DNA of 64,000 nucleotides, from the IMG/VR virus record IMGVR_UViG_3300010344_001075. One strand, given 5' to 3'. The position numbers and the translations under genes were made by a program. Every line of letters starts with the position of its first letter. Within the stretch, counting starts at the first letter, position 1. Origin of the DNA: an uncultured virus (IMG/VR IMGVR_UViG_3300010344_001075). Taxonomy: Duplodnaviria; Heunggongvirae; Uroviricota; Caudoviricetes. The notes beneath the pieces are model-generated. The model saw only the letters and a program-made list of their open reading frames with translations, had not been told where the DNA came from and made no database searches. Below, one piece after another: positions 1 through 9,187 of the stretch.

Positions 1-87
1 CGGTGGCTCTTTGGTTTTTAGTTAACGAATGAGCGTAGCAGTCTTTCGACTGGCCCGACTCTCACGGGCTGTACCTTGCTGCTAACT

Positions 88-243
88 TCAAACAATACCA
101 AGTTCAGAGATCAAATGATCAAGCAATTCCTGTGCAGTATCTTTGTCCAGGTAATCAAACAAGATATCAAGAAATTGATGGTAAGGAGTCCCTGTCTCTT
201 TTAAAATAAGAGTAATCTGTTCATAAATATCTTTTTTTAACAT
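88..243 (-). CDS. small hypothetical protein (51 aa, MLKKDIYEQITLILKETGTPY...)
   Basis: Read by hand, below the ORF-track cut-off; preceded by the same AATCTAAGAAAATG leader as 1634..2167. Confidence 0.6.
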   Translation of the reverse strand: MLKKDIYEQITLILKETGTPYHQFLDILFDYLDKDTAQELLDHLISELGIV

Positions 244-276
244 TTTCTTAGATTTTTAAATTGTTGATAATTGTAT

Positions 277-522
277 TTAACACATCACATCATAAACTGT
301 CTTCCCATACTGTTGGTAGGTGTGAATCCCACCTAAGGGCATACCATGGTACATACCACCATTGACCGTATCACCATTTACTTTTTTACCTATGGCTTCC
401 GCCGAGGTCAGCGTCTTGACAATAATCCTGTCGTAACAGATACCATGGTTGTACCAAACGATATCCTCGACAGGTATGCCAAACTTTTTGGCATAGTATT
501 CATAGTTTTCTTTTTCAGACAT
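277..522 (-). CDS. hypothetical protein
   Basis: 81-aa ORF in a tightly packed leftward gene run. Confidence 0.7.
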   Translation of the reverse strand: MSEKENYEYYAKKFGIPVEDIVWYNHGICYDRIIVKTLTSAEAIGKKVNGDTVNGGMYHGMPLGGIHTYQQYGKTVYDVMC

Positions 523-524
523 TT

Positions 525-716
525 CTAGATTCTGTATTTTTGAATAAGTGCTTTAAGATCCTCTATGAAAAAAGAGATTGAGGAGCCTGCAATAGAGCAG
601 ATGAAGATATCCCCCACATAGACTTCTGTGTCAAGAAGTTCATGATGATGCTTATCAGATTTGAAGGTTACTTTAGCATAACCAATCTGTGTGGTCGAAG
701 TGATTTTATCAGTCAT
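525..716 (-). CDS. hypothetical protein, paralogue of 1203..1394
   Basis: MTDKITSTTQIGYAKVTFKSDKHH is nearly identical to the start of 1203..1394. Confidence 0.8.
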   Translation of the reverse strand: MTDKITSTTQIGYAKVTFKSDKHHHELLDTEVYVGDIFICSIAGSSISFFIEDLKALIQKYRI

Positions 717-816
717 GAGTTAAACCTCTGTTAATTGACCACAAAAGCTTCTCCATTTTTGTAATGTTGTCTTGAAGATCAGTCAATTGTTTAATTTGTT
801 CCTGTGTCATTATTTC

Positions 817-1185
817 TTATTTTAGAGGTCCAATACATTTTAATCTTTCACTTACATACTCCCTATCATTTTTGTAATAGGTAGTTCCTTTCGGAATTAT
901 CAATTTAATAGGAACAAGATCATCACACCATCTTTTTTGTTCTTTTTTTACTACTTTCAATGAGCGATAAGAATGATAACCTTCATAGATGTTTTTTTCT
1001 ACTATAAGTGGTTTAATTACAACCCTTTTAGTTCTTCTGCCAGGATAATATGCATACCTTTGACAGGCCGCTTCATATCCAGTACGGGTCCTCCATCCTC
1101 CTTTGTCAAATACTAACTTATAGCAAGTGATGTCTCTTTTTGCTACAAGAGGCTGCGGAAACTTTTCTGAAATTGTAAAACACAT
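817..1185 (-). CDS. hypothetical phage protein
   Basis: 122-aa ORF with AKRDITCYK, GYHSY and IPKGTTYY motifs typical of small phage proteins. Confidence 0.75.
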   Translation of the reverse strand: MCFTISEKFPQPLVAKRDITCYKLVFDKGGWRTRTGYEAACQRYAYYPGRRTKRVVIKPLIVEKNIYEGYHSYRSLKVVKKEQKRWCDDLVPIKLIIPKGTTYYKNDREYVSERLKCIGPLK

Positions 1186-1202
1186 GATTTCTAAGGTTTT
1201 AG

Positions 1203-1394
1203 TTAAACTCTGTATTTCTGAACAAGATTCTTAAAATCCTCAATAAACATTGAGATATAGCATCCTGCAATAGAGCAGAGGTAGACTCCGGCCACAAGAA
1301 CTTCCGTATCCAGTAATTCATTGTGGTGTTTATCAGATTTAAAGGTTACTTTTGCATAACCAATCTGTGTGGTCGAAGTGATTTTATCAGCCAT
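1203..1394 (-). CDS. hypothetical protein, paralogue of 525..716
   Basis: Direct duplication seen at DNA and protein level. Confidence 0.8.
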   Translation of the reverse strand: MADKITSTTQIGYAKVTFKSDKHHNELLDTEVLVAGVYLCSIAGCYISMFIEDFKNLVQKYRV

Positions 1395-1397
1395 GAT

Positions 1398-1637
1398 TCA
1401 GGCTTCTGTTAATTGTCCACAGAACTTTCTCCATTTCTTATCTATTCCTTTCCAGAACAGATGATCTTCCTTTGTACCATACCAGACAAAGGCACAAGAC
1501 ACCAGGGAGGTGGTGTATGAGGAGGTGAGTAGGTACTCTTCTAAGGTAACGCCAGGGCGGCTGTGACTTAGGTTATGGATGAAGGAGTCATAGACTCCCT
1601 CATCCTTTAGGAATTGTATGAATCTCTTTTCCATCAC
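1398..1637 (-). CDS. hypothetical protein
   Basis: 79-aa ORF overlapping the upstream stop (GTGA). Confidence 0.7.
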   Translation of the reverse strand: MMEKRFIQFLKDEGVYDSFIHNLSHSRPGVTLEEYLLTSSYTTSLVSCAFVWYGTKEDHLFWKGIDKKWRKFCGQLTEA

Positions 1638-2167
1638 TTGTCCAGCATCATCATAATTAGGAACATCGGATTTTTCATCATATCCATTGTCTCTCCGATT
1701 AAGGCAGCGAATACGATTGTAAGAACAGCCTCTGGTATGGGATCTTCTTTTGAATCTTCCCCGTAGCTTTTAACGAGGTTTTCAATTGTCTTTGTAAGAC
1801 AATTTTCACCCGTATTTTTTTCGGCCATGATTCTTTGGGCGAGATGTTTTGTCAAAACCATGTCTTTTGTCACCTGGAGAAAGATGCTACCAAGAATGAA
1901 GAGGAAGGTGACCTCTTCATCTATCAGACGTATTGCCAACGGGTCATTTTTCTTGGACTGCACGTATGCCAGTAGCAGGTCATGCAGTGTTAATTTTTCC
2001 AGGGCATCCTTTAAAAAACGGTGAACCTCTGCTACCATTTCATCTCCCCTTTCAGTTTTGATGCTTTGTAAGGTTTTTGCCAATGTCTTGTCATTGATGC
2101 AAATTGCATCAAGAACTCTGGTTTCGTCATGATTGTAGGACACGACAGCCTCTTCAATTTTGTTCAT
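1634..2167 (-). CDS. hypothetical protein
   Basis: 177-aa ORF with AATCTAAGAAAATG leader. Confidence 0.75.
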   Translation of the reverse strand: MNKIEEAVVSYNHDETRVLDAICINDKTLAKTLQSIKTERGDEMVAEVHRFLKDALEKLTLHDLLLAYVQSKKNDPLAIRLIDEEVTFLFILGSIFLQVTKDMVLTKHLAQRIMAEKNTGENCLTKTIENLVKSYGEDSKEDPIPEAVLTIVFAALIGETMDMMKNPMFLIMMMLDK

Positions 2168-2213
2168 TTTCTTAGATTTTTTTGATGATTAATAATTTGA
2201 TTGAAATGGTGTT

Positions 2214-2531
2214 TTATTTACTTAATTCTGGTTTGATGTCGAACCTTTCCTCAATAAAGACTTGAAAAGCTCGTTCAATTGCGTTTGTTGTATCGGCCTT
2301 GGCCACCGTATTGAATCCCTTAGGAGCAAACCTTTCAAGGTACTCCTGTAGGGGTGCGGCATACAATATTTTTAATGCCGCTTTGGCACGTTTGGAGTAT
2401 TTGACCTCTCCAATAATGATGCGATCAGGACCATCAAGGCTATCTGGTTCAAGTTGGCAGATAACCTGTGTGTTCATCTTTGGAAAATAGACGCCATAAC
2501 GTCTTGGATTTTCTTCTTTTTGAATGTGCAT
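2214..2531 (-). CDS. hypothetical protein
   Basis: 105-aa ORF in the leftward run. Confidence 0.65.
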   Translation of the reverse strand: MHIQKEENPRRYGVYFPKMNTQVICQLEPDSLDGPDRIIIGEVKYSKRAKAALKILYAAPLQEYLERFAPKGFNTVAKADTTNAIERAFQVFIEERFDIKPELSK

Positions 2532-2543
2532 ACCAATTCTCCA

Positions 2544-2783
2544 TTAATGTTCATGCGGGAAGAGATTGAACATAGAGTCCTGTCTCTTCAGTTTTTTCAG
2601 GGTCTGTCCTGTCATTCCTGTAGGAAGGATAAAGACAGGTCGGTTGGGTTCAACGATAGGCCTTGGTGCGTTTGCTTTTTGAATCCGCGCACGAATATCC
2701 GCCGCCATGTTTGCAATTTTAACCCATTCACGGGCTTCTTCAGGCATTGGTTCCATTCTGTTCCTCTTTTTCAGTTTCATCAA
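2544..2783 (-). CDS. hypothetical protein (start uncertain)
   Basis: ORF in the leftward run; several possible ATGs. Confidence 0.55.
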   Translation of the reverse strand: MMKLKKRNRMEPMPEEAREWVKIANMAADIRARIQKANAPRPIVEPNRPVFILPTGMTGQTLKKLKRQDSMFNLFPHEH

Positions 2784-3012
2784 AAATGAGTGCTGATTGC
2801 ATTAGCCTTTGAAACTCTGCAAAAGAGTCAAGTAGGAATGCTTGACCATAGGCCATTTGTAAGAGAGTAAACAAAATCATTTTTCCATGATCTGTTTTTA
2901 TGAAGTCAGGGTTCTCCCTGCAGCCTTTTTCCAATCCTATGAGGAAAGGAACAGGATTTGAGGGCATTGATGTTTGAAACATTGCCTTAGCAAGTTCTTT
3001 TAAATCAGTCAT
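2740..3012 (-). CDS. hypothetical protein
   Basis: 90-aa ORF with GGAGGT upstream. Confidence 0.7.
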   Translation of the reverse strand: MTDLKELAKAMFQTSMPSNPVPFLIGLEKGCRENPDFIKTDHGKMILFTLLQMAYGQAFLLDSFAEFQRLMQSALIFDETEKEEQNGTNA

Positions 3013-3052
3013 AATTTACCTCCAATTTTTTTAGTTAGACATGAGTATCCAT

Positions 3053-3075
3053 AAAAAAAGGCCCCGAAGGGCCTT
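3053..3075 (-). terminator. intrinsic terminator
   Basis: Minus strand AAGGCCC-TTCG-GGGCCTT followed by a T run, just after the stop of 3079..3297. Confidence 0.85.
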
Positions 3076-3078
3076 CAG

Positions 3079-3297
3079 TTAAACATTGTCCTGAACAAGT
3101 ATTTTTAACAGTATTTCAGTTTCCATACATGCCTCAATATTGCTTTCATTACACAAAGTAATAAAAGCATCCTCTGCATTTTTGGCTTCCTGAATTTTTG
3201 AAACAGTTTTTGCTGTCTCTTTTTCTGTCATTCCATAGTATTCATCCATTTCTTTAACATAGTGGATCAGGGCTGTCTTAAAATCTTCAAGTTTCAT
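3079..3297 (-). CDS. hypothetical protein
   Basis: 72-aa ORF, AATCTAAGAAAT leader, followed by a terminator. Confidence 0.7.
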   Translation of the reverse strand: MKLEDFKTALIHYVKEMDEYYGMTEKETAKTVSKIQEAKNAEDAFITLCNESNIEACMETEILLKILVQDNV

Positions 3298-3346
3298 ATT
3301 TCTTAGATTTAGATTGTTTGTACACTATACTGACACAAAAGGTCAT

Positions 3347-3381
3347 AAAAAAAGGAACAGAGCGTGATGCCCTGTTCCTTT
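3347..3381 (-). terminator. intrinsic terminator
   Basis: Minus strand AAAGGAACAGGGC...GCTCTGTTCCTTTTTTT downstream of 3419..3907. Confidence 0.85.
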
Positions 3382-3418
3382 AAACGTCCCATCCAGTTTT
3401 CTGTTGACTTCCAGTACA

Positions 3419-3907
3419 TTACGCAGCTTTGTTTGCTTTGGCTGCCTTTACTTTGAAAATCCCTTTCTCAGTTAACTCCATGTTACCGAGGTAGTCCGGA
3501 TTTTTTTGAATTTTTGTCCTCCAATAAACTTGTGTCTTAAACGAAGCCACATTGATTTTGGTTTTCAACCCCTGTGCAACACAGAACTCGTTTGCGGCTG
3601 CGATGAGGTCTTCCCATTTTCCGCCCTTGGCTATCAGCTCATCAATTTTTACTGACAGTTTGGGTTTGGCCGGTGCTTTCGGTGCCTTGGCCTTCTTTTC
3701 GGCCTTCGGTTTCGATGCTGCCTTGCCCTTTTCCGTACCCTTCTTTTCTTCGGCAGCTTTGTCTTTTGATTTGTTAATCAACTTCTCTGCCAGTTTGCTG
3801 TTCTGGGGTACCACTTTCTTTGCCAGCGGGTTAGCTGCCTTGTTGGCGGTTTCACTTGACTTTTCTGTTGCTTTTGCAACGCCGTTTTCAATAACTTTTG
3901 CTTCCAT
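3419..3907 (-). CDS. Lys/Ala-rich basic protein, possibly DNA-binding or histone-like
   Basis: KAKAPKAPAKPK low-complexity segment plus a small globular C-terminal part; own terminator. Confidence 0.75.
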   Translation of the reverse strand: MEAKVIENGVAKATEKSSETANKAANPLAKKVVPQNSKLAEKLINKSKDKAAEEKKGTEKGKAASKPKAEKKAKAPKAPAKPKLSVKIDELIAKGGKWEDLIAAANEFCVAQGLKTKINVASFKTQVYWRTKIQKNPDYLGNMELTEKGIFKVKAAKANKAA

Positions 3908-4423
3908 TATTTGTTTGATTTAGAAACGTTTCTGAGCATTATTGCCCATTGTGGGCAGGGAGTCGCTCGCTGACTCAGTGTTGTACACATACGCATCCCG
4001 CGCACTGTACCTTGTACTGCCTTTTTTAGAGGCCCTGCTCGGTAATAAAACGGTTTGTCAACCCATTGTACTTTCATCCCCAAAGTACTTGACACATAAT
4101 GTCTTGTCTCTCATTTACGGAAATACTGTACATTGTACAGTACTTGTCGATCAGCAGCCGCTGGCAACTGTTTCACAACAGGTTTGGCGTCGACTTGTCT
4201 GTCTATCTAATATGTTCAACGAGAAGTGGGAATATACTCTGTGCCAATGTAGCACATTTAACGCTATGAACAACGTAGGGCAGTTAACTTGTTGATTTAG
4301 AAGTTAGTACATTGGCTCGTACACTACTTGGAAACTCGTTTCACAACGGAATTCCTTTCACTTTCAATACGTTACCTCCGTATCCCTGTATTTACAACAT
4401 GTCAAACAACATCCGAATCTCAC
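3908..4423 (-). ncRNA. candidate structured long 5' leader or ncRNA
   Basis: No credible ORF; many short hairpins; begins right after a consensus promoter (see findings). Confidence 0.4.
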
Positions 4424-4429
4424 ACAACA

Positions 4430-4460
4430 CAAAGTTACACAATTAGTCTTTAGTAAACAA
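4430..4460 (-). promoter_or_regulatory. Bacteroidota-type sigma70 promoter (leftward)
   Basis: Minus strand TTG-N20-TAACTTTG matches the -33 TTG / -7 TAnnTTTG consensus. Confidence 0.65.
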
Positions 4461-4562
4461 GAGAAATTACAATTATTTTAAATAAAATTGTAAATTAGAT
4501 TACAATGTATTGTAAGACAGTATGTTACAAAAGCGTAAAAAGTCGCAAAATCCACCTAAAAC

Positions 4563-6110
4563 AGGTGTCTAAGACGTTTAGGAATAGACAAAAGTACTGA
4601 AAAGGTGTCTAAATATCGCTCTTAACCGCGTTTCGCATAATATCGCCGTACATCGGCACACGCACCTACGGCAGTACAATACAGTACAACATACCCCAAA
4701 CCCCTGGAAAAGGCAAGGAACCGCACCTACCAGGCTCTTAGTGGGCTGTACTGTACAGGGCACACAACCTAGCAGCCTAGCAGCCTACTAATCAAACAAT
4801 ATTGAAAGGTGTCTAAATGCTAATAAGGCTATGTACCATGCCGTATAGTCACATCGAGGGTGTCAAGGTAGGTATAGTAGGCAACAGGCTATAAACATAA
4901 GGAAAAGGCAAGGAAAGGTGTCACACAGGCGAAATAGGCAGCCTAACAGGCACACATGAGGTAGGTGGGTGAGGCACTGACATACGACACTGATGGGCAG
5001 TTGATTAGGTGTCTAAAGGCATTGGCAAGGCACACATAGACAGGGGGTTACACCCAATAACAATACTGATAGGCACAAATTAAGGTCTGCCTACCTCACA
5101 CTATCACCCTGTCACCCAACATGTTACCCACTAACCCAACTGCCTGCCTCACCCAATAACAAATGACATAAGCAGTTCATATCTAATTCAATAGGTGTCA
5201 ACTCTGCCTAATGTCTGCCTTATCAACAAACAAAGTACAGTAAGCAGTAACAATGTCAATAATCAAATATGGCTATCTATCCATGTATGTAATGGCATAT
5301 CACATTACTAAGGTATCAACATAGGCTATAGGTATCAATGTCAACGTAGGCAGTATAACAGGCTAATAAGGTAGGGTAGGTGTCAATGGGTGGGTGGGCT
5401 GACAAGGGGTAGGCGGGTGTCAGGGCGGTAAGGCGGGTGTCAAGGTGGGTGTCAAGGGGGTGTCAAGGGGGTGGGGCGATCTGGGCGCGGGCCGCTGAAT
5501 GGTGCCCTGCCTTTTCTAATGACATTAGGTGCCCGATACAATGCCTTGATGCCTAAGGTGTTATGCCCGTTGACATTTGACATGTGGCTGCTGGGCGGTT
5601 GCCCTATTCGCTTAGGTGTCAGGGCTTTAGGCAGGGCGGGGGCTTGACACCCCCCCGGGCGTTTGACGTGTGTAATTCAGGGCTGCGGCGGAAGGACCCC
5701 TTGATAATTGTCCAAATCTATTTCGTAAAATTAGACATTTTCAAGCCCCACCCTCTGCCCTGACTCCCCTTGATAAAGACATCAATTCCCCTTGACATTG
5801 ACATTAGACACACGACATTAGACATTGACACCTCGACACCTAACGCGATTCCCCTTGACACCGTTGCCCTGATGCCCTTTGATAATTGTAGTGACACCTC
5901 TTGACAAGCCCGTCAGCCCCCTCGACAAGTGTTTATATAGGGGAACGTAAAAAGGTGTCACAAGGAGTATGCGAAATTGACAAGCGACATAGGCTTGATG
6001 CCTTCGCAGCATCGCAGAAAAAATTTGTAAAAAATATTTCGGAAAAATTGACAGGGTGTCACACGGCTATTGACACCTCTTGATACGGCTATTGACACCT
6101 CTTGACACGG
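4563..6110. repeat. GGTGTC/GACACC iteron-rich non-coding region (packaging or origin candidate)
   Basis: About 22 GGTGTC hexamers counted by eye on both strands; 22-bp tandem repeat at 6061-6112. Confidence 0.75.
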
Positions 6111-6197
6111 CTGGGAGGGGGAAAAAAATTTTGGCCGCGTAACATGTTCATCCATAATGAAATAAAATTCATTTTAAAAATAATTGCCCATGTCACA

Positions 6198-6227
6198 TTG
6201 TGGTGTGGAAAATGTCATTTAACTTTA
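6198..6227 (+). promoter_or_regulatory. possible Bacteroidota-type promoter for the terminase/late operon
   Basis: TTG-N19-TAACTTTA, one mismatch from consensus, 55 nt before terS. Confidence 0.45.
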
Positions 6228-6282
6228 CTGCGTTTACGCAGTAATGCTCGGATGACGTAAGCGAGTAATAATTGACTCCCCA

Positions 6283-6780
6283 ATGGACAGAAGGACACCA
6301 CAACAATGGAATGACAAGCGGCCGCAACAAGCGTACGAGTTGGCATTGTTGGGGGCTACCAATAAGATGATGGCAGACGTCTTCGAAGTCAAGGAACAGA
6401 CAATCGATTATTGGATTAGGACGAAGCCGGAATTCAAGGAGGCTGTCCATCGCGGAAGAATGATGACAGACGCCAAGGTTGCCAAAGCCCTCCTCCAGTG
6501 TGCCACGGGGTACGAATATTATGAGGAGCACGTGGTGATGATTAAGGGTGAGGCTGTTGTGCGGCGAATTAAGAAGGTGGTACCGCCCAATCCTTGGGCC
6601 GCTGCCAAGTGGTTGACAATACGTCAACGGGCCCTGTGGGCTGACGTGCATAAGACAGAGGCAATCAATACCAACGTCAATGTGTTTAAACTTGACTTGT
6701 CAGGGTTGTCAACCGACGAGCTCAAACTTGTCGAGAAATTAGGTATCAAACAACTTACGCAATATGCTGGTGAGAACTAA
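6283..6780 (+). CDS. terS: terminase small subunit
   Basis: N-terminal HTH (GATNKMMADVFEV..TIDYW..PEF), ATGYEY..E, PP..AA..WL motifs; directly upstream of TerL. Confidence 0.9.
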   Translation: MDRRTPQQWNDKRPQQAYELALLGATNKMMADVFEVKEQTIDYWIRTKPEFKEAVHRGRMMTDAKVAKALLQCATGYEYYEEHVVMIKGEAVVRRIKKVVPPNPWAAAKWLTIRQRALWADVHKTEAINTNVNVFKLDLSGLSTDELKLVEKLGIKQLTQYAGEN

Positions 6781-8329
6781 GATGCCGGGTCAAACGGATA
6801 CGCTTGAGAAACGTGCCATACCAAGGCGGGGGAGAGCCAGCAGCGAAATGTTGTTAGAAGCCATCAAAAACCCAACCGCCGTCACCAGGGAGCTTAACAA
6901 TCGCTCCCTTTACCATTTTTTACAACACTTTTGGCCTGTTGTATCGGCACACAAATTTCACGGTAACTGGCATATTGAGTTGATGTGTCGCGAGCTTGAG
7001 CAGGTTGCTGAGCGTGTTGCCGCGCATTTGCCAAGAAAACATGACTTAATTATAAATGTACCGCCAGGGTCAACCAAAACGATTACCTGCTCAATTATGT
7101 TTCCGGCTTGGTGTTGGACCCGTTGGCATTGGATGCGTTTTATTTGTGCCTCTTACTCTTCGGCACTCTCGATGGAATCTGCCGAATATTGCCGCGACTT
7201 GATACGCAGTACGGCATTTCAAGAAATGTACCCCGAAATAGACATCAAGGAAGATAAAGATACGAAATCAAACTTCAAGGTTGTCAAGCGTCTTCCATCA
7301 ACACCCGGGTACATGCCGAAGACATTATCAGGGGGGAGTCGTTACTCAACGTCAGTAGGAGGTACGTTGACAGGGTTCCACGGTGATATACTGATAGTGG
7401 ACGACCCCTTGAATCCGCAACAGGCCGTGTCAGACACCTTACTGCGGTCGGCAAACGATTGGTGTGAGAGAACACTTTCCACACGTAAGACGGACAAAGC
7501 AATTACCGCTACCATATTTATAATGCAGAGACTGCACCAGGACGATCCTTCCGGACACCTGCTTGCCAAAGACAAACGCAATGTCAAACACATTTCTCTG
7601 CCAGGGGAAAGTCTAAATTTTCAGAAGCAAGTAAAACCGCATCAACTGTTACAATATTATAAAGACAATCTACTTGATCCAATTCGTATGCCTTGGTCCG
7701 TATTGAAGGACTTGGAGGCTGACTTAGGCCAATACGGTTACGCAGGGCAGATAGGGCAGAACCCCGTACCGCCCGGAGGGGGCATGTTTAAGGTGGACAA
7801 GATAATGACCGTAGATGGACTTCCAGACGGAGTTTCACGCATTCATACCGTTCGTTATTGGGATAAGGCTGGTTCACAAGGTGCCGGGGCCTTTACTGCG
7901 GGCGGGAAAATGTCTGCTTTATCCAATGGAAAATGGCTCATGGAAGACATGACACGTGGTCAGTGGGGTACGGATATACGGGAGCGTTGGATTAAGAGTA
8001 TGGCTTTGGCAGACACGTCTGAGGTGGTTGTATGGATTGAGCAAGAGCCGGGGTCAGGCGGAAAAGAGTCAGCCGAGGGGACGATAAGGAATTTGGCTGG
8101 GTGGTCTATTTATGCTGAGAGGCCTACGGGAGATAAGATATTTCGTGCCGACCCGTTCTCTGTACAAATTAACAATGGCAATGTGTGGATGATGAGAGGT
8201 GATTGGAACCATGATTTGATTGAGGAACTTCGTTTCTTTCCATATTCTACTTATAAGGACCAGGTGGACGCAATGAGCGGAGCCTTTAATAAATTAGTAC
8301 AAAAGAAAATTTGCAGGAGGGTAACTTAA
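6764..8329 (+). CDS. terL: terminase large subunit
   Basis: INVPPGSTKT Walker A, ILIVDDP Walker B, MQRLH, C-terminal nuclease (YWDKA, DQVDA). Confidence 0.95.
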   Translation: MLVRTKMPGQTDTLEKRAIPRRGRASSEMLLEAIKNPTAVTRELNNRSLYHFLQHFWPVVSAHKFHGNWHIELMCRELEQVAERVAAHLPRKHDLIINVPPGSTKTITCSIMFPAWCWTRWHWMRFICASYSSALSMESAEYCRDLIRSTAFQEMYPEIDIKEDKDTKSNFKVVKRLPSTPGYMPKTLSGGSRYSTSVGGTLTGFHGDILIVDDPLNPQQAVSDTLLRSANDWCERTLSTRKTDKAITATIFIMQRLHQDDPSGHLLAKDKRNVKHISLPGESLNFQKQVKPHQLLQYYKDNLLDPIRMPWSVLKDLEADLGQYGYAGQIGQNPVPPGGGMFKVDKIMTVDGLPDGVSRIHTVRYWDKAGSQGAGAFTAGGKMSALSNGKWLMEDMTRGQWGTDIRERWIKSMALADTSEVVVWIEQEPGSGGKESAEGTIRNLAGWSIYAERPTGDKIFRADPFSVQINNGNVWMMRGDWNHDLIEELRFFPYSTYKDQVDAMSGAFNKLVQKKICRRVT

Positions 8330-8608
8330 ATGGACTTAATTTATCATTTCATTGCCGGTGCTTTTGTGAGCACATTGATTATGTTTATCTTCGGAAAGCG
8401 GGATCCAATAACTGACCAGCGACCTGATCTAATAAAGGCCATTGCCGGGATCTTTCCACTTCTTGTCGGTCTTGGAAAAGAAGCATTGGACAAATGGTGG
8501 GGAGCCGGAAACCCGGAAATTGCAGATGTCACTCTGACTTGGAGTGGCGGTATCTTTGCAGTTGTTGTCATTTTATTCATTGATACTTTTAGAACAGATA
8601 AATACTAA
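8330..8608 (+). CDS. small membrane protein (VanZ/YfiM-like)
   Basis: HFIAG...GKE..D....G....D pattern with 3 hydrophobic segments. Confidence 0.6.
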   Translation: MDLIYHFIAGAFVSTLIMFIFGKRDPITDQRPDLIKAIAGIFPLLVGLGKEALDKWWGAGNPEIADVTLTWSGGIFAVVVILFIDTFRTDKY

Positions 8609-8614
8609 ACAATC

Positions 8615-8818
8615 ATGGGAACAATTTTAACAGGTCGTGTAAAGTTTTTCAACGAACAAAAAGGTTTTGGCTTCATTGCCGGAGATGATGGAACGGATAT
8701 ATTTGTCCATAAGTCAGGTACACTTGATGTGATCAAGAAGGATGATTTGGTTGAGTATGCAACCGAGAATGGAAAGAAAGGATTGAAAGCGGTAAGAGTT
8801 AAACGAATAAAGGAGTAA
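8615..8818 (+). CDS. csp: cold-shock domain protein
   Basis: GRVKFFNEQKGFGFI (RNP1) and DIFVH (RNP2). Confidence 0.95.
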   Translation: MGTILTGRVKFFNEQKGFGFIAGDDGTDIFVHKSGTLDVIKKDDLVEYATENGKKGLKAVRVKRIKE

Positions 8819-8821
8819 GAG

Positions 8822-9184
8822 ATGGCAAACAGTAAAAATGATGGGCATGGGTACAAGTACGCCACGGTTGATACTGCACCGGCCCCCGGTAGTGGAGGAT
8901 ACTACACCTCGGAAGTAGCCCCTCGCAAAGAACAGATTGATCGGTTCTATTTCTCCATTCGGGAAACCTCTCGTGATAGTGTGGCTTCGGTTGTGACTGT
9001 CAAACTTCAGTTCAAGTGTCCCGGGGATACTGATTGGACTGACAAGAAGAATGGGACAGAGGATTGGGCAATCGGAGATCGTGCTGTCATTAATGATTTT
9101 GCTGCGGGAGTTCTTTGGAGAGCAGGTGTTGTTGACAATTCCGATTTTACAAGTGGAAGTGTAACCTTTGGATTTGATTGGTAG
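8822..9184 (+). CDS. hypothetical beta-rich protein
   Basis: 120-aa ORF in the operon, 3 nt before the tail-tube paralogue. Confidence 0.75.
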   Translation: MANSKNDGHGYKYATVDTAPAPGSGGYYTSEVAPRKEQIDRFYFSIRETSRDSVASVVTVKLQFKCPGDTDWTDKKNGTEDWAIGDRAVINDFAAGVLWRAGVVDNSDFTSGSVTFGFDW

Positions 9185-9187
9185 GCA

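Noticed and set aside
5576..6110. TTGACA copies as sigma70 -35 boxes
   Set aside because: Too dense and mostly without a spaced TATAAT; better explained as the reverse of the GTGTCAA iteron.
3907..6155. Short ORFs in the non-coding region (3942, 4578, 5818, 5901, 5958)
   Set aside because: Atypical composition, weak starts, overlap with repeats and hairpins.
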